Positions 9,974-18,491 of a stretch of 64,000 nucleotides of DNA are shown here, piece by piece. A program made the position numbers and the translations under genes. Every line of letters begins with the position of its first letter. Positions within the stretch are counted from its first letter, which is position 1. The stretch spans positions 458,561 through 522,560 of the forward strand of contig CP066697.1 of NCBI GenBank assembly GCA_016432625.1, in the 5' to 3' direction. The notes beneath the pieces were generated by a model. The model saw only the letters and a list, made by a program, of their open reading frames with translations, did no database searches and was not told the DNA's origin. This DNA is from Candidatus Berkelbacteria bacterium (GTDB lineage Bacteria; Patescibacteriota; UBA1384; 2-12-FULL-50-11).

Positions 9974-10353
9974 TACTTCGCCTCTTTCTTGGTTCGCTTT
10001 GCCCCGGTAGCAGCTTTGGCAGAAGCTTTCTTGGCGGTTTTAGCCACCTTTTCCTCAATGGCAACAGCCTTCTTGACGCCGCCAATGGCGGTTACTTCTA
10101 AAACGGTTTGCGTTTGGCGGTGACCGTAGCGCTTGAGATAACGGACCTTGTTCTTGAACTTAAGGCCGTTAATTTTTTTGCCTAAACTGTGAGTAATGAC
10201 TTTAAGCGATACTGGCGAGCTGTCGTCGAGGCTTTTCAGCTCGAGGATTTCGCCTTCTTTGGCTTTGAGGCGATTGGTGGTAATACGAGTTCCGGCAGCC
10301 ACTAAGTGCTGCTTGCCGCCTAATTCAACTACAGAGAATAACGTATCGGTCAT
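9973..10353 (-). CDS. rplU: 50S ribosomal protein L21
   Basis: VVELGGKQH and GHRQ. Confidence 0.9.
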   Translation of the reverse strand: MTDTLFSVVELGGKQHLVAAGTRITTNRLKAKEGEILELKSLDDSSPVSLKVITHSLGKKINGLKFKNKVRYLKRYGHRQTQTVLEVTAIGGVKKAVAIEEKVAKTAKKASAKAATGAKRTKKEAK

Positions 10354-10412
10354 AACATCAGTTATTGTACCCCTCGAGAGATATTAAGTCTAGTAGAAGA
10401 AGCCTGTTACCG

Positions 10413-11528
10413 CTAACTCGCAAAAAGCGCCCTTTTATGACGAATATAGATACTTTGAAGAACTCCGATTGAAGCTAGGTCAATCACGAGAGCAGTGCCG
10501 CCGTAAGACATGAACGGCAACGGAATCCCGGTAACTGGCAGTAGTCCAAGGTTCATGCCAATATGAACGGTAACTTGAAACATTAGCTTGGAGCCAATAC
10601 CAATCGCCAGCAGCCGGCCGAACGGATCAGTTGATGAGCTGGCGATAGCGATAATCCGATGAATTAGGACGACGTACAGAATAAGCAACGTGCCAGAACC
10701 AACAAATCCTGTCGCCTCAGCGTAGCCCGCGAAGATAAAGTCTGCGTGAGCAACGGGCAAGAAGTTCAATACGCTTTGTGAACCTTGGCCAAATCCGCGT
10801 CCAGTTAAACCTCCGCTGCCGATGGCGATGAGCGCTTGGCGGACATTGTAACCCTCGCCTTGGGGATCGCTTGCTGGGTTAAGAAAAGTTTCGATACGTT
10901 GCTTCTGATAATCCTGTAGAGAAAACCAAGCTACTGTTAGGGCAATCACGAGCGCTACACCTGCAAGCGCGATCGTCTTGCCAGATGGTCTCGCCGCCAA
11001 AAAAATACCGCAGAAAACCGTAAAAACGACTGCCGTTGTGCCAAGATCCGGCTGCAAGAGTACTAACGCTGTCGGAATCCCGGTAAGCGCCACGTAGCCC
11101 AGCAAACGCTTCCAGTTGATGGCGCTTATATAGCCCGACAAGTACTTAGCAGCGGCAATTCCGGCAATCAGCTTAAAGATTTCGGCAGGCTGAAGCTGAA
11201 AAATACCAAAATTAAGCCAGCGGTATGCACCGAAGACCTTCAAAACGAAGGGCAGCTTAGGCGCAAGCGGCGGTAAGAGCGGGATGAGCAGTAACAGTCC
11301 TGCCGCGTAGAGTAGGCCCGCGATTGATCCCAAGAAACGGTAATCGGAGAACATAAGTCCCAGGAGTGCTACGACTCCCAGTGCCGCAAAGATAGCTTGG
11401 TCAACGGCCAAAGAAGTGTGGTATTGGTTGAAAGTAATGGTGTAAATCGTGATGGTTCCGACTACCACTAGGAGAAGTGGGATTGCCAGTAAAAACCAGT
11501 CGATTGGCAAAGACAGGAATCTTTTCAT
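10413..11528 (-). CDS. rodA: Rod shape-determining protein RodA (SEDS family)
   Basis: QPAE, QPDLGT, AIGSGG, GIPLPFMSYGG. Confidence 0.92.
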   Translation of the reverse strand: MKRFLSLPIDWFLLAIPLLLVVVGTITIYTITFNQYHTSLAVDQAIFAALGVVALLGLMFSDYRFLGSIAGLLYAAGLLLLIPLLPPLAPKLPFVLKVFGAYRWLNFGIFQLQPAEIFKLIAGIAAAKYLSGYISAINWKRLLGYVALTGIPTALVLLQPDLGTTAVVFTVFCGIFLAARPSGKTIALAGVALVIALTVAWFSLQDYQKQRIETFLNPASDPQGEGYNVRQALIAIGSGGLTGRGFGQGSQSVLNFLPVAHADFIFAGYAEATGFVGSGTLLILYVVLIHRIIAIASSSTDPFGRLLAIGIGSKLMFQVTVHIGMNLGLLPVTGIPLPFMSYGGTALVIDLASIGVLQSIYIRHKRALFAS

Positions 11529-11582
11529 TAGAAACTCATTCCACGGAAAACGAGACTAATAAAACGGAGCATTACTATGACC

Positions 11583-11993
11583 TTAGGCGTCTAGAGCGAT
11601 ATTTGCCAGCTGGTCAGCGCGTTTGTTAAATTCACGTCGCACTGCGACTAATTCAACGTCGTTACCGGCACGCTCCCAGTTATCGATCAGCTCTCGGATC
11701 GCCGCAAAATGGGGTTTAAGATCAGCGTCCTTAACGCGGTATTCGCCTAACAGCTGCTTAACCATCAGCTCTGAGTCAGAATTGAAGGTAATCTCGGCGT
11801 TCTTGAGGCTGTGTTTGGCAAGCTCCTGGCAGGCTGCAAGCATCGCTCGGTACTCTGCTTGATTATTTGTCGTCGAGCCAATCACTTCAGCGTGCTCGGT
11901 AATATCGCCATCAATGTTGATGACAAATGCGATAGCGGCCCTTCCGGGGTTACCTCGGGCAGCTCCATCAGTATAAACAGTAGCCTTACTCAC
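11583..11993 (-). CDS. rnhA: Ribonuclease HI family protein
   Basis: YTDGAARGNPG, TNNQAEY, SDSELMVKQ, NKRAD. Confidence 0.93.
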   Translation of the reverse strand: MSKATVYTDGAARGNPGRAAIAFVINIDGDITEHAEVIGSTTNNQAEYRAMLAACQELAKHSLKNAEITFNSDSELMVKQLLGEYRVKDADLKPHFAAIRELIDNWERAGNDVELVAVRREFNKRADQLANIALDA

Positions 11994-12889
11994 GGAGCAA
12001 TATTACCAGTGCCTGAGTAGAGGTTAAAGTCGTAGATTCCGATCAGAGTGCCTGACTTGCGATCAACCTTAGCCTGAAGAGTCCGCTTAGTGTCGCCATA
12101 GTAACCCGTCGCGGTGATATTAGTGATTAAGCCGTCAAACTTTGGTCCCCCACCAGTGCTGTTAGGGCTAGTGGCGGTGACGAAAGCGTAATTAACATTG
12201 CAGTGATACGGTCGTATCCTAATGTAGCTGGAGAGGTTTGATCCGGTCGCGATCGGCAAGTTCGTACCTAGTGAATCGACTCTATTATTAGGTTCAGCGA
12301 CGGCTCGGCGCAGACTGTACGTGGTTTGACCAGTTGTAGTTGTCACCACCTGTTGAATTTCCACAAACGCGCCGCGGCTGTAACAGTTGCCTTCACCAAC
12401 AAACTGGAAGGCATAACGCAGGAAATAATCATTACTATAAACGGTGTCGTTGGGGAACCCTGTTAGCTGTAACTCGTCGTCCTGCATTAAGGGCGATGGG
12501 TTGTTATTGAAGTTGAAGTCGCCAATTTGAGTTGTCTTATAATCAATCGAGAGGTCGTAGTATTGGTGCGATGGCTTGTAGCCAAGAGTGGTTTCGATGG
12601 TTTGATTGGCCGCAATTTCATCAAAACTAATGCCGGCTGTAACGTCGAAGCGATGCGTTTTATTCTCAGCGGTCTCGACGTTGCGCTGATGCCGGAAGCG
12701 TAGCAAACCGTCTTCAACCCCCGACTTTGCAGCGTAAAAGGCAAAAGTATTGTCTTCTTCTCGAGCCGACTGGTTGAACTGAATTAGCGAAAGCCGTTGG
12801 GCACCAATTGTTACCGTCATAATGCCGGCAATTATAATTAATACAAAGACTAAAGCCGAGCCCTTTTTCTTAGCAATTAGCTGACTCAT
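11990..12889 (-). CDS. Minor pilin, PilX/GspK-like
   Basis: KKG/SALVFVLIII prepilin-like N-terminus lacking E5; AFYAAKSGVEDG; last gene of the pilin cluster. Confidence 0.75.
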   Translation of the reverse strand: MSQLIAKKKGSALVFVLIIIAGIMTVTIGAQRLSLIQFNQSAREEDNTFAFYAAKSGVEDGLLRFRHQRNVETAENKTHRFDVTAGISFDEIAANQTIETTLGYKPSHQYYDLSIDYKTTQIGDFNFNNNPSPLMQDDELQLTGFPNDTVYSNDYFLRYAFQFVGEGNCYSRGAFVEIQQVVTTTTGQTTYSLRRAVAEPNNRVDSLGTNLPIATGSNLSSYIRIRPYHCNVNYAFVTATSPNSTGGGPKFDGLITNITATGYYGDTKRTLQAKVDRKSGTLIGIYDFNLYSGTGNIAP

Positions 12890-13680
12890 GATCTTACCCC
12901 CTCGGCGGTTAATACCGTCTCAACTTTGTAGCAAGCGCCATCGGGTATTTCAGTTGACCCGCAAAGCTTCTTTAAGTAATCAATAGATTTAAAATTCATT
13001 GAGATCCTGAGGTAGCCGGTAATATTACTGAACACGGGGTCATTAGGGCGAACGCCGTTAAAGATTGGTTTGTTTATATCATTATTGAGTACGTAGCCTT
13101 CATCCAGCATCGACTGATACTCGGCAGTAGCGAAATTATCGCAGCGCGATAAATAAACTGTTGGCACGCCGTTAATGAGCTCAATTTTACAGCCTCGAAA
13201 CTCTCGGACTTTGATAGCCCGACTTTCTGGGGACAGCGAATCGCTCGTAGTGCTATAGCGCTTGAACACCAGTTGTTGGTCGGTTGCCTTTGGGTGCTTA
13301 AGCAGCATCACGACATCGTTGAATCCGGCATCGTTTATGAAATAGAATCCGGTAAACTTCCAGCCGTTGTCACCTGGATCGCCGAGGGTAATTTGTTTGT
13401 CGTAATATATGTAACGAAAATCGTTGGTAATTCTAGCGATCGCCGAACGGGCGGCTTCGGATTTTTCACGCAGGACACTGACCCGGGCTGCTGAACCTGT
13501 TGTGCGCACGAAGACGGCGAGGATTAAAATAACCAGGCCGGAGAAAATGGCGACGGAGATTAGCATTTCCAACAAGGTATAGCCAGGCAATGCTACTTTT
13601 CGCGGCCGTTGGCCGCTCACAGTTAACATTTCCAACAGGGTGTAGCCGGGGAGTTTTGTTTCTCTGTCAAATTGAGCCAT
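12886..13680 (-). CDS. Minor pilin, PilW/GspJ-like, with duplicated prepilin motif
   Basis: LPGYTLLEML occurs twice in frame; only the second copy is followed by a hydrophobic helix. Confidence 0.8.
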   Translation of the reverse strand: MAQFDRETKLPGYTLLEMLTVSGQRPRKVALPGYTLLEMLISVAIFSGLVILILAVFVRTTGSAARVSVLREKSEAARSAIARITNDFRYIYYDKQITLGDPGDNGWKFTGFYFINDAGFNDVVMLLKHPKATDQQLVFKRYSTTSDSLSPESRAIKVREFRGCKIELINGVPTVYLSRCDNFATAEYQSMLDEGYVLNNDINKPIFNGVRPNDPVFSNITGYLRISMNFKSIDYLKKLCGSTEIPDGACYKVETVLTAEGVRS

Positions 13681-13682
13681 GG

Positions 13683-14471
13683 CTAGTGATCCACCGCTTT
13701 CCAGTTCGTCATGATGGTACTCATCTCGCTGGTGCGGTAACCCTGCGTCGTTTGCCAAACCACGACTGACCGAACCTTGACCGCGTTCCCGGTTGGAATG
13801 TAGGTACTCGTAGCGTTATTAAGGTTTAGACTGGGCTTAGTCATAATGCAGTAGAGGTCATTGTTGTAGCAATCAGTTCCAACAGTACGATTACCCTGAA
13901 GATCGCCGTCGTTATAACGTTGGTTTGAATTTCTATCGAGGTTACATCTTAAGCGGTCGGTGTTTTGGGTCTCGTTAACGCTCGGAACACCTATTGCCTC
14001 AACGCAAATCAAGCGGCGCGCCGACAAGCCCTCGCTCTGCAAGATTGCTTTGGAATCGTTCAAAGCCATCACCTCAGACTTCTTGATATGAAGATAATTT
14101 GGATCGTTATTGATAGCGGCACGTGTTAGCTCGACTTTTTCGGTTTCCGGATTGAGATAAGCATAGTACCAGCCGTAGTCTTCGAGCGACCTTGCTTGAT
14201 CTAGCCAAGTAAGATTATTGGCCGAATTTAGGCGATCGTCACGGTTTTTAGCTACCATCTCCAAACCTTCGACAGCCCAAAGATTAGTCACTGTCGAGTC
14301 GGCGGTGTTAACAGTTCCCTGTATTAAAGTATTTGATAGGGAAACGACTGCTGAGCCAACGATAAAAAGCACCCCGACAGCAATTAAGATCTCCAAAAGT
14401 GTGAAAGCAGGTCGCCTTGCTCTTATGAGCACGAAACCGGGTTTGTAGTCCTTAGTCAAAGTCCCCTCCAT
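13683..14471 (-). CDS. Minor pilin, PilV/GspI-like
   Basis: A/FTLLEILIAVGVL prepilin motif. Confidence 0.8.
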   Translation of the reverse strand: MEGTLTKDYKPGFVLIRARRPAFTLLEILIAVGVLFIVGSAVVSLSNTLIQGTVNTADSTVTNLWAVEGLEMVAKNRDDRLNSANNLTWLDQARSLEDYGWYYAYLNPETEKVELTRAAINNDPNYLHIKKSEVMALNDSKAILQSEGLSARRLICVEAIGVPSVNETQNTDRLRCNLDRNSNQRYNDGDLQGNRTVGTDCYNNDLYCIMTKPSLNLNNATSTYIPTGNAVKVRSVVVWQTTQGYRTSEMSTIMTNWKAVDH

Positions 14472-15118
14472 CAGTTTTCGCTATACGTCACGCCAACCTT
14501 AGCCGTGTACGGCTCTATGGCTACTGTTGCTTTTTTGTTGGTGAAAGTCAATTCAAGTAACGGGTTACCAAAAACCGGTCCTTCTTCGATCCAGGCGGAG
14601 CCTTCGACCCGAATGTGAAACATTTGACGGGTCGGAACGCGAAAGACAACGAAGTGATTGCTGCGTGATTCGGCAGTGTCCCCGCAAATCTTGCAGCTTA
14701 GTGTCACACCCTTACTCATGTTGACGCGTTCAACAAAACAGGGCCCGTCTTGATTCCAGGCTTGCAACTGAACATCCCCGGGCTTACACGGCGCTCCGGA
14801 GGCATTTAACGGATAAGACAAGCGCACGATATCATAGTGACTGCTACGATAAGCGTCACTGTGAAACCAGATACCGTAATAACCTGTTTCGTCGTAGGTG
14901 AAGTTACTACCGGGCGTTTCGTCAGTCTGTTGGGTAGAACCAGAAAGTAATCTAACTTCTTCGATTTTAGAGCGGAAGATTTCAGCGTCGGTTGCCACAC
15001 GGTTTTTCCCGAGCGAGCGATCAACCATCGGTACGAGTAAGCTGAGCATCAGACCCATAATGGCAACCGTTACCAATAGCTCAATTAGCGTGAAACCTCG
15101 TTTAGTAGCCATAGCCAA
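14471..15118 (-). CDS. Minor pilin, FimT/GspH-like
   Basis: KRG/FTLIELLVTVAI. Confidence 0.85.
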   Translation of the reverse strand: MAMATKRGFTLIELLVTVAIMGLMLSLLVPMVDRSLGKNRVATDAEIFRSKIEEVRLLSGSTQQTDETPGSNFTYDETGYYGIWFHSDAYRSSHYDIVRLSYPLNASGAPCKPGDVQLQAWNQDGPCFVERVNMSKGVTLSCKICGDTAESRSNHFVVFRVPTRQMFHIRVEGSAWIEEGPVFGNPLLELTFTNKKATVAIEPYTAKVGVTYSEN

Positions 15119-15887
15119 GCATCCCTAGATACCATTCTACCAATTGCGGACCCCAGTACAGGGCGAGCAGCCCGGCGATAATTAGGAATGGTGCAAATGG
15201 CACAGCCGATTTTAGTTTAACTTGGCCGCGAAGCAGTAAATAAGCCCCAAATATGCCGCCGATAATGAAGGAGCCGACTAGAAACACCACGGCCGATGGC
15301 CAGCCTACAAGCAGCCCTAGTGCAGCGGCAATTTTGACATCCCCCTCCCCCATCCAGATTCCACGTGTCGGGTAAACCAGTAAAGCAATCGGGATGAGCG
15401 CCGCCAAGCCTCCATAAAGCGTGACGAGCGGATCTTGGTGGTAAAACAACGAGAAAACAGTCGCCCCAATTAGGGCAACGTAGGACATAACCTCCGGCAC
15501 CAGCATTTCATACAGGTCATGGAAGAAAATCGTCACCAGGGCGCTAATAGTGACAATGTAAGCGATAAAGGCGGCCACCCCTTGCCAACCCGCCAAGTCA
15601 GCAATCACGAAAACCAGGTAGTAACCGGCCGCCACAAGCGCTGCCGTGGAAAACTCCACGATCGGGTACTGGGCGCTGATAGGTTGTTGGCAGTGGCGGC
15701 AGCGACCGCGCAGGACGACGTAGCTGAGTAGAGGAATTAGATCAAACCAAGAAAGACTCTTTTTACACTTGGGGCAATGTGAGCGACCGCGCATAATTGA
15801 TTGCCAGTCGTCAAACCTGGCAATGACAACATTAAGGAAAGAGCCGATGATTAGGCCGAAGATGAAAACAAAGATTACCCCACCCAT
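15102..15887 (-). CDS. pilD: Prepilin peptidase (A24)
   Basis: GSFLNVVI, CPKC...CRHC, MGEGDVK, PFAPFL. Confidence 0.95.
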   Translation of the reverse strand: MGGVIFVFIFGLIIGSFLNVVIARFDDWQSIMRGRSHCPKCKKSLSWFDLIPLLSYVVLRGRCRHCQQPISAQYPIVEFSTAALVAAGYYLVFVIADLAGWQGVAAFIAYIVTISALVTIFFHDLYEMLVPEVMSYVALIGATVFSLFYHQDPLVTLYGGLAALIPIALLVYPTRGIWMGEGDVKIAAALGLLVGWPSAVVFLVGSFIIGGIFGAYLLLRGQVKLKSAVPFAPFLIIAGLLALYWGPQLVEWYLGMLGYGY

Positions 15888-15936
15888 ATACTCAGCTTAA
15901 AGATAAACTAGTTAAAATCCAAGCGGTTAGGCCGGT

Positions 15937-16482
15937 TTATTGCGGGCCATAGGTTACGAAGACGTAAGCGCCATCTTCAAACGGTCCGTCGAGGGTAAAG
16001 TTAATCGCGCCGCCCGTATCGACTGCACCACTGCCATCAGCCTGATAGGTACCATTTCCTGTCGAGATCGGCTCGTCACTACGAGCGGACAACTGCCAGC
16101 CGATCGAGTAGTCGGTCGCTACGCCGTTAACGCTGGCCGAGGTAGCGTAACGCTGAGGATTGCTGGCAATTTCCTGACAAGTTGAGCCTGAAGAAAGGTG
16201 ACCACCGATAACTAACGCCGATTGAAGTGGCTCGCCACATGTATTATCTGCCGCTTCGATATCTATGCCATCAGCGACCTCCGAGTTGGTGTCGGCCGGA
16301 TAGCCACTTTTGTCTAAGTAAAAGCGTGCCAAAGCCGCGTCCAAGTTGTGAGCGTTACTTTTACGTTGGGCATCCTGTGCTCGGTTCCTAGAGCTGTTTA
16401 GTGCCACCAGGACGAGCGAGGCAAGAATACCGATGATCGCAATTGTGATCAGAAGCTCGATCAAAGTAAATCCCCTCTTCAT
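15937..16482 (-). CDS. Type IV pilin (paralog of 16564-17127)
   Basis: MKRG/FTLIELLITIAIIGILA; shared C-terminus FVTYGPQ. Confidence 0.92.
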   Translation of the reverse strand: MKRGFTLIELLITIAIIGILASLVLVALNSSRNRAQDAQRKSNAHNLDAALARFYLDKSGYPADTNSEVADGIDIEAADNTCGEPLQSALVIGGHLSSGSTCQEIASNPQRYATSASVNGVATDYSIGWQLSARSDEPISTGNGTYQADGSGAVDTGGAINFTLDGPFEDGAYVFVTYGPQ

Positions 16483-16508
16483 ATCTACTCAATAATATAC
16501 TGTCACCT

Positions 16509-16543
16509 AAAAAGAAAAACCCCCGAGCGGGGGTTTTTCTTTC
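16509..16543. terminator. Bidirectional intrinsic terminator between the two pilins
   Basis: AAAGAAAAACCCCC-GAGC-GGGGGTTTTTCTTT. Confidence 0.85.
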
Positions 16544-16563
16544 TTGCTTGAAGCAAGCGCAGA

Positions 16564-17127
16564 CTACTGTGGACCGTAAGTGACGAATACGAGCGCGTTG
16601 TCCCCAAAAGGACCGACGTTAGTAAAGTCAACAGTACCACCAGTTAAAACATCACCGTCGAGATCAGCTTGGTAAACACCGTTGCCGCTAGTGATAATCG
16701 TGTCGGTTACCGAGGCAAGCTGCCAGCCAAGAGTGTAGTTAGCAGCTGTTCCGCTAGAGTTAGCTGACGTTGCGTAACGCTTTGGGTTGGTAGCATCGGC
16801 TTGACTCTCGTGGCAAGCAGTGTGAGTCGCGAGATACGCACCGGTGCCAACAAGCTGCGCCAGAGGTGCCGCACAAGCCGGAGTCGTACTTTGGTTAGTA
16901 CCAAACTGGAATCCGTTAACGTCATCTGTTGTATCGCTAGCTGGGTAGCCGCTCTTGTCGACGTAGAACGTCGCTAAAGCAGTATCAAGGTTTCTGGCGT
17001 TGTTCTTGCGCTGGGTGTCTTGAGCCTTACTTCTGGCACCGCTCAAAGAGACGATGACAAGTGCTGCCAAGATACCGATGATGGCAATAACAACCAATAG
17101 TTCAATAAGGGTAAAACCTTTTTTCAT
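16564..17127 (-). CDS. Type IV pilin, probably the major pilin
   Basis: MKKG/FTLIELLVVIAIIGILA, strong SD GGAGG, own terminator. Confidence 0.92.
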   Translation of the reverse strand: MKKGFTLIELLVVIAIIGILAALVIVSLSGARSKAQDTQRKNNARNLDTALATFYVDKSGYPASDTTDDVNGFQFGTNQSTTPACAAPLAQLVGTGAYLATHTACHESQADATNPKRYATSANSSGTAANYTLGWQLASVTDTIITSGNGVYQADLDGDVLTGGTVDFTNVGPFGDNALVFVTYGPQ

Positions 17128-17337
17128 TTCCCTCCAATCATTTAACAGCGTTTATGGCTGAATATTCGAGCCACAAACAACTGTACCCTGCACTAAATTG
17201 TGCAGGACCCCGACTCCCGTCGACCACACTAACTGCAGTGAAAGTCATAGTACTAATATCTGTTGAACTGAAGGCCGTGTCAAGCGGTTGAGGCAAAGAC
17301 AAGCTCAACCGCTAGAAAGCTCGCTACCAAGGCCGAG

Positions 17338-17448
17338 CTACTTAATGACGCTGGCTAGGTTGTAGATCGGGACAATGATATCCCTGACGGGCATAACCGC
17401 GCCAATTTACTTTATAACGCTAGCTAGGTTATAAATTGGCACGATTAT
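17338..17448 (-). repeat. Synonymously recoded direct duplication of the pilC 3' end
   Basis: 17338-17379 and 17407-17448 both encode IIVPIYNLASVIK*; 10 of 14 codons differ, all at third positions. Confidence 0.9.
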
Positions 17449-18483
17449 CGAGAAGACCAGGAAAGCAACACCCAAGCCGACAACAATAAAGACTACTGGT
17501 TCGGTTAAGGCGGTGACGTTTTTGATGTTTTGATCAGTTTCGGCCTCGTAGTAGGTACTTAAACGGTATAGAACCTGTTCCAACTTTCCAGATTCTTCCC
17601 CGACGGCCACCATCTGAGTAACAGTGGGCGGGAAAACGTCGTACTTGGTCATGCTCTGGGCAATCGGTGAGCCACGCTCGACGTTACGCGCAACGTTTAA
17701 TAGGGCTTCGCGATAGATTTCGTTATCGAGCACCTGGGCTACCGACTCAATGGCGTGAATAATCGGTACGCCGCTCTGTACCATCAAGGCAAATATCCCC
17801 GTGAAACGCGCCATCTCAAGATTACGTATCAGTAAGCCAAAGGCCGGCAAACGTAAGACAAGGTTATTGAATGAACGTTTTCCCTCATCAGAATGTAACC
17901 AGCGCAGAAACCAAGCAACCACGACGATTATGCCGATGATGTAGAGCCACCAGTAGTTAATAAGGCTGTTCGTGATGCCGATAACTACTCTGGTCATCCA
18001 GGGCAGATCAACATTTGCCTCTTTGAAAACTGACTCTAGCGCAGGGACGATGCGGGTTACCATGATAATGGCGACGATTATCATTGCTCCAACAATGAAC
18101 GCCGGATAAAGCAAGGCGCCAATTACCCGTCCTCGGAAACGCTGATCCCGCTCCTGCTCGGTCGCCAGCAGATCCAAAGCAACATCCAGCTTACCGGTTG
18201 CTTCACCGGCGGCGATAACCGCCACGAAAACGGTGTTGAATATTCTTGGGTGCTTTTTGATAGCGTCTGAGAACTTGTAACCGTTCTCGAGGTCTTTGAG
18301 GATAACGCCGAGTGCTTCTTCGACTGAAGGATTAACCGTTTGCTCGATTAACGAGCGGATGGCCTGAGTAATCGGCAAGCCCGATTCGATCATTACCGCT
18401 AACTGCCGGGCGATAAAGGCCTTATCGGAAGCCGAGACCCGACGTGTTAGTACTGCAGCAAAATCGTAAGCGCGTTTGGCCAT
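17407..18483 (-). CDS. pilC: Type IV pilus platform protein PilC/GspF
   Basis: RQLAVMIESGLP, AGEATGKL, ALLYP, VGEESGKL. Confidence 0.95.
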   Translation of the reverse strand: MAKRAYDFAAVLTRRVSASDKAFIARQLAVMIESGLPITQAIRSLIEQTVNPSVEEALGVILKDLENGYKFSDAIKKHPRIFNTVFVAVIAAGEATGKLDVALDLLATEQERDQRFRGRVIGALLYPAFIVGAMIIVAIIMVTRIVPALESVFKEANVDLPWMTRVVIGITNSLINYWWLYIIGIIVVVAWFLRWLHSDEGKRSFNNLVLRLPAFGLLIRNLEMARFTGIFALMVQSGVPIIHAIESVAQVLDNEIYREALLNVARNVERGSPIAQSMTKYDVFPPTVTQMVAVGEESGKLEQVLYRLSTYYEAETDQNIKNVTALTEPVVFIVVGLGVAFLVFSIIVPIYNLASVIK

Positions 18484-18491
18484 CTCTATTC

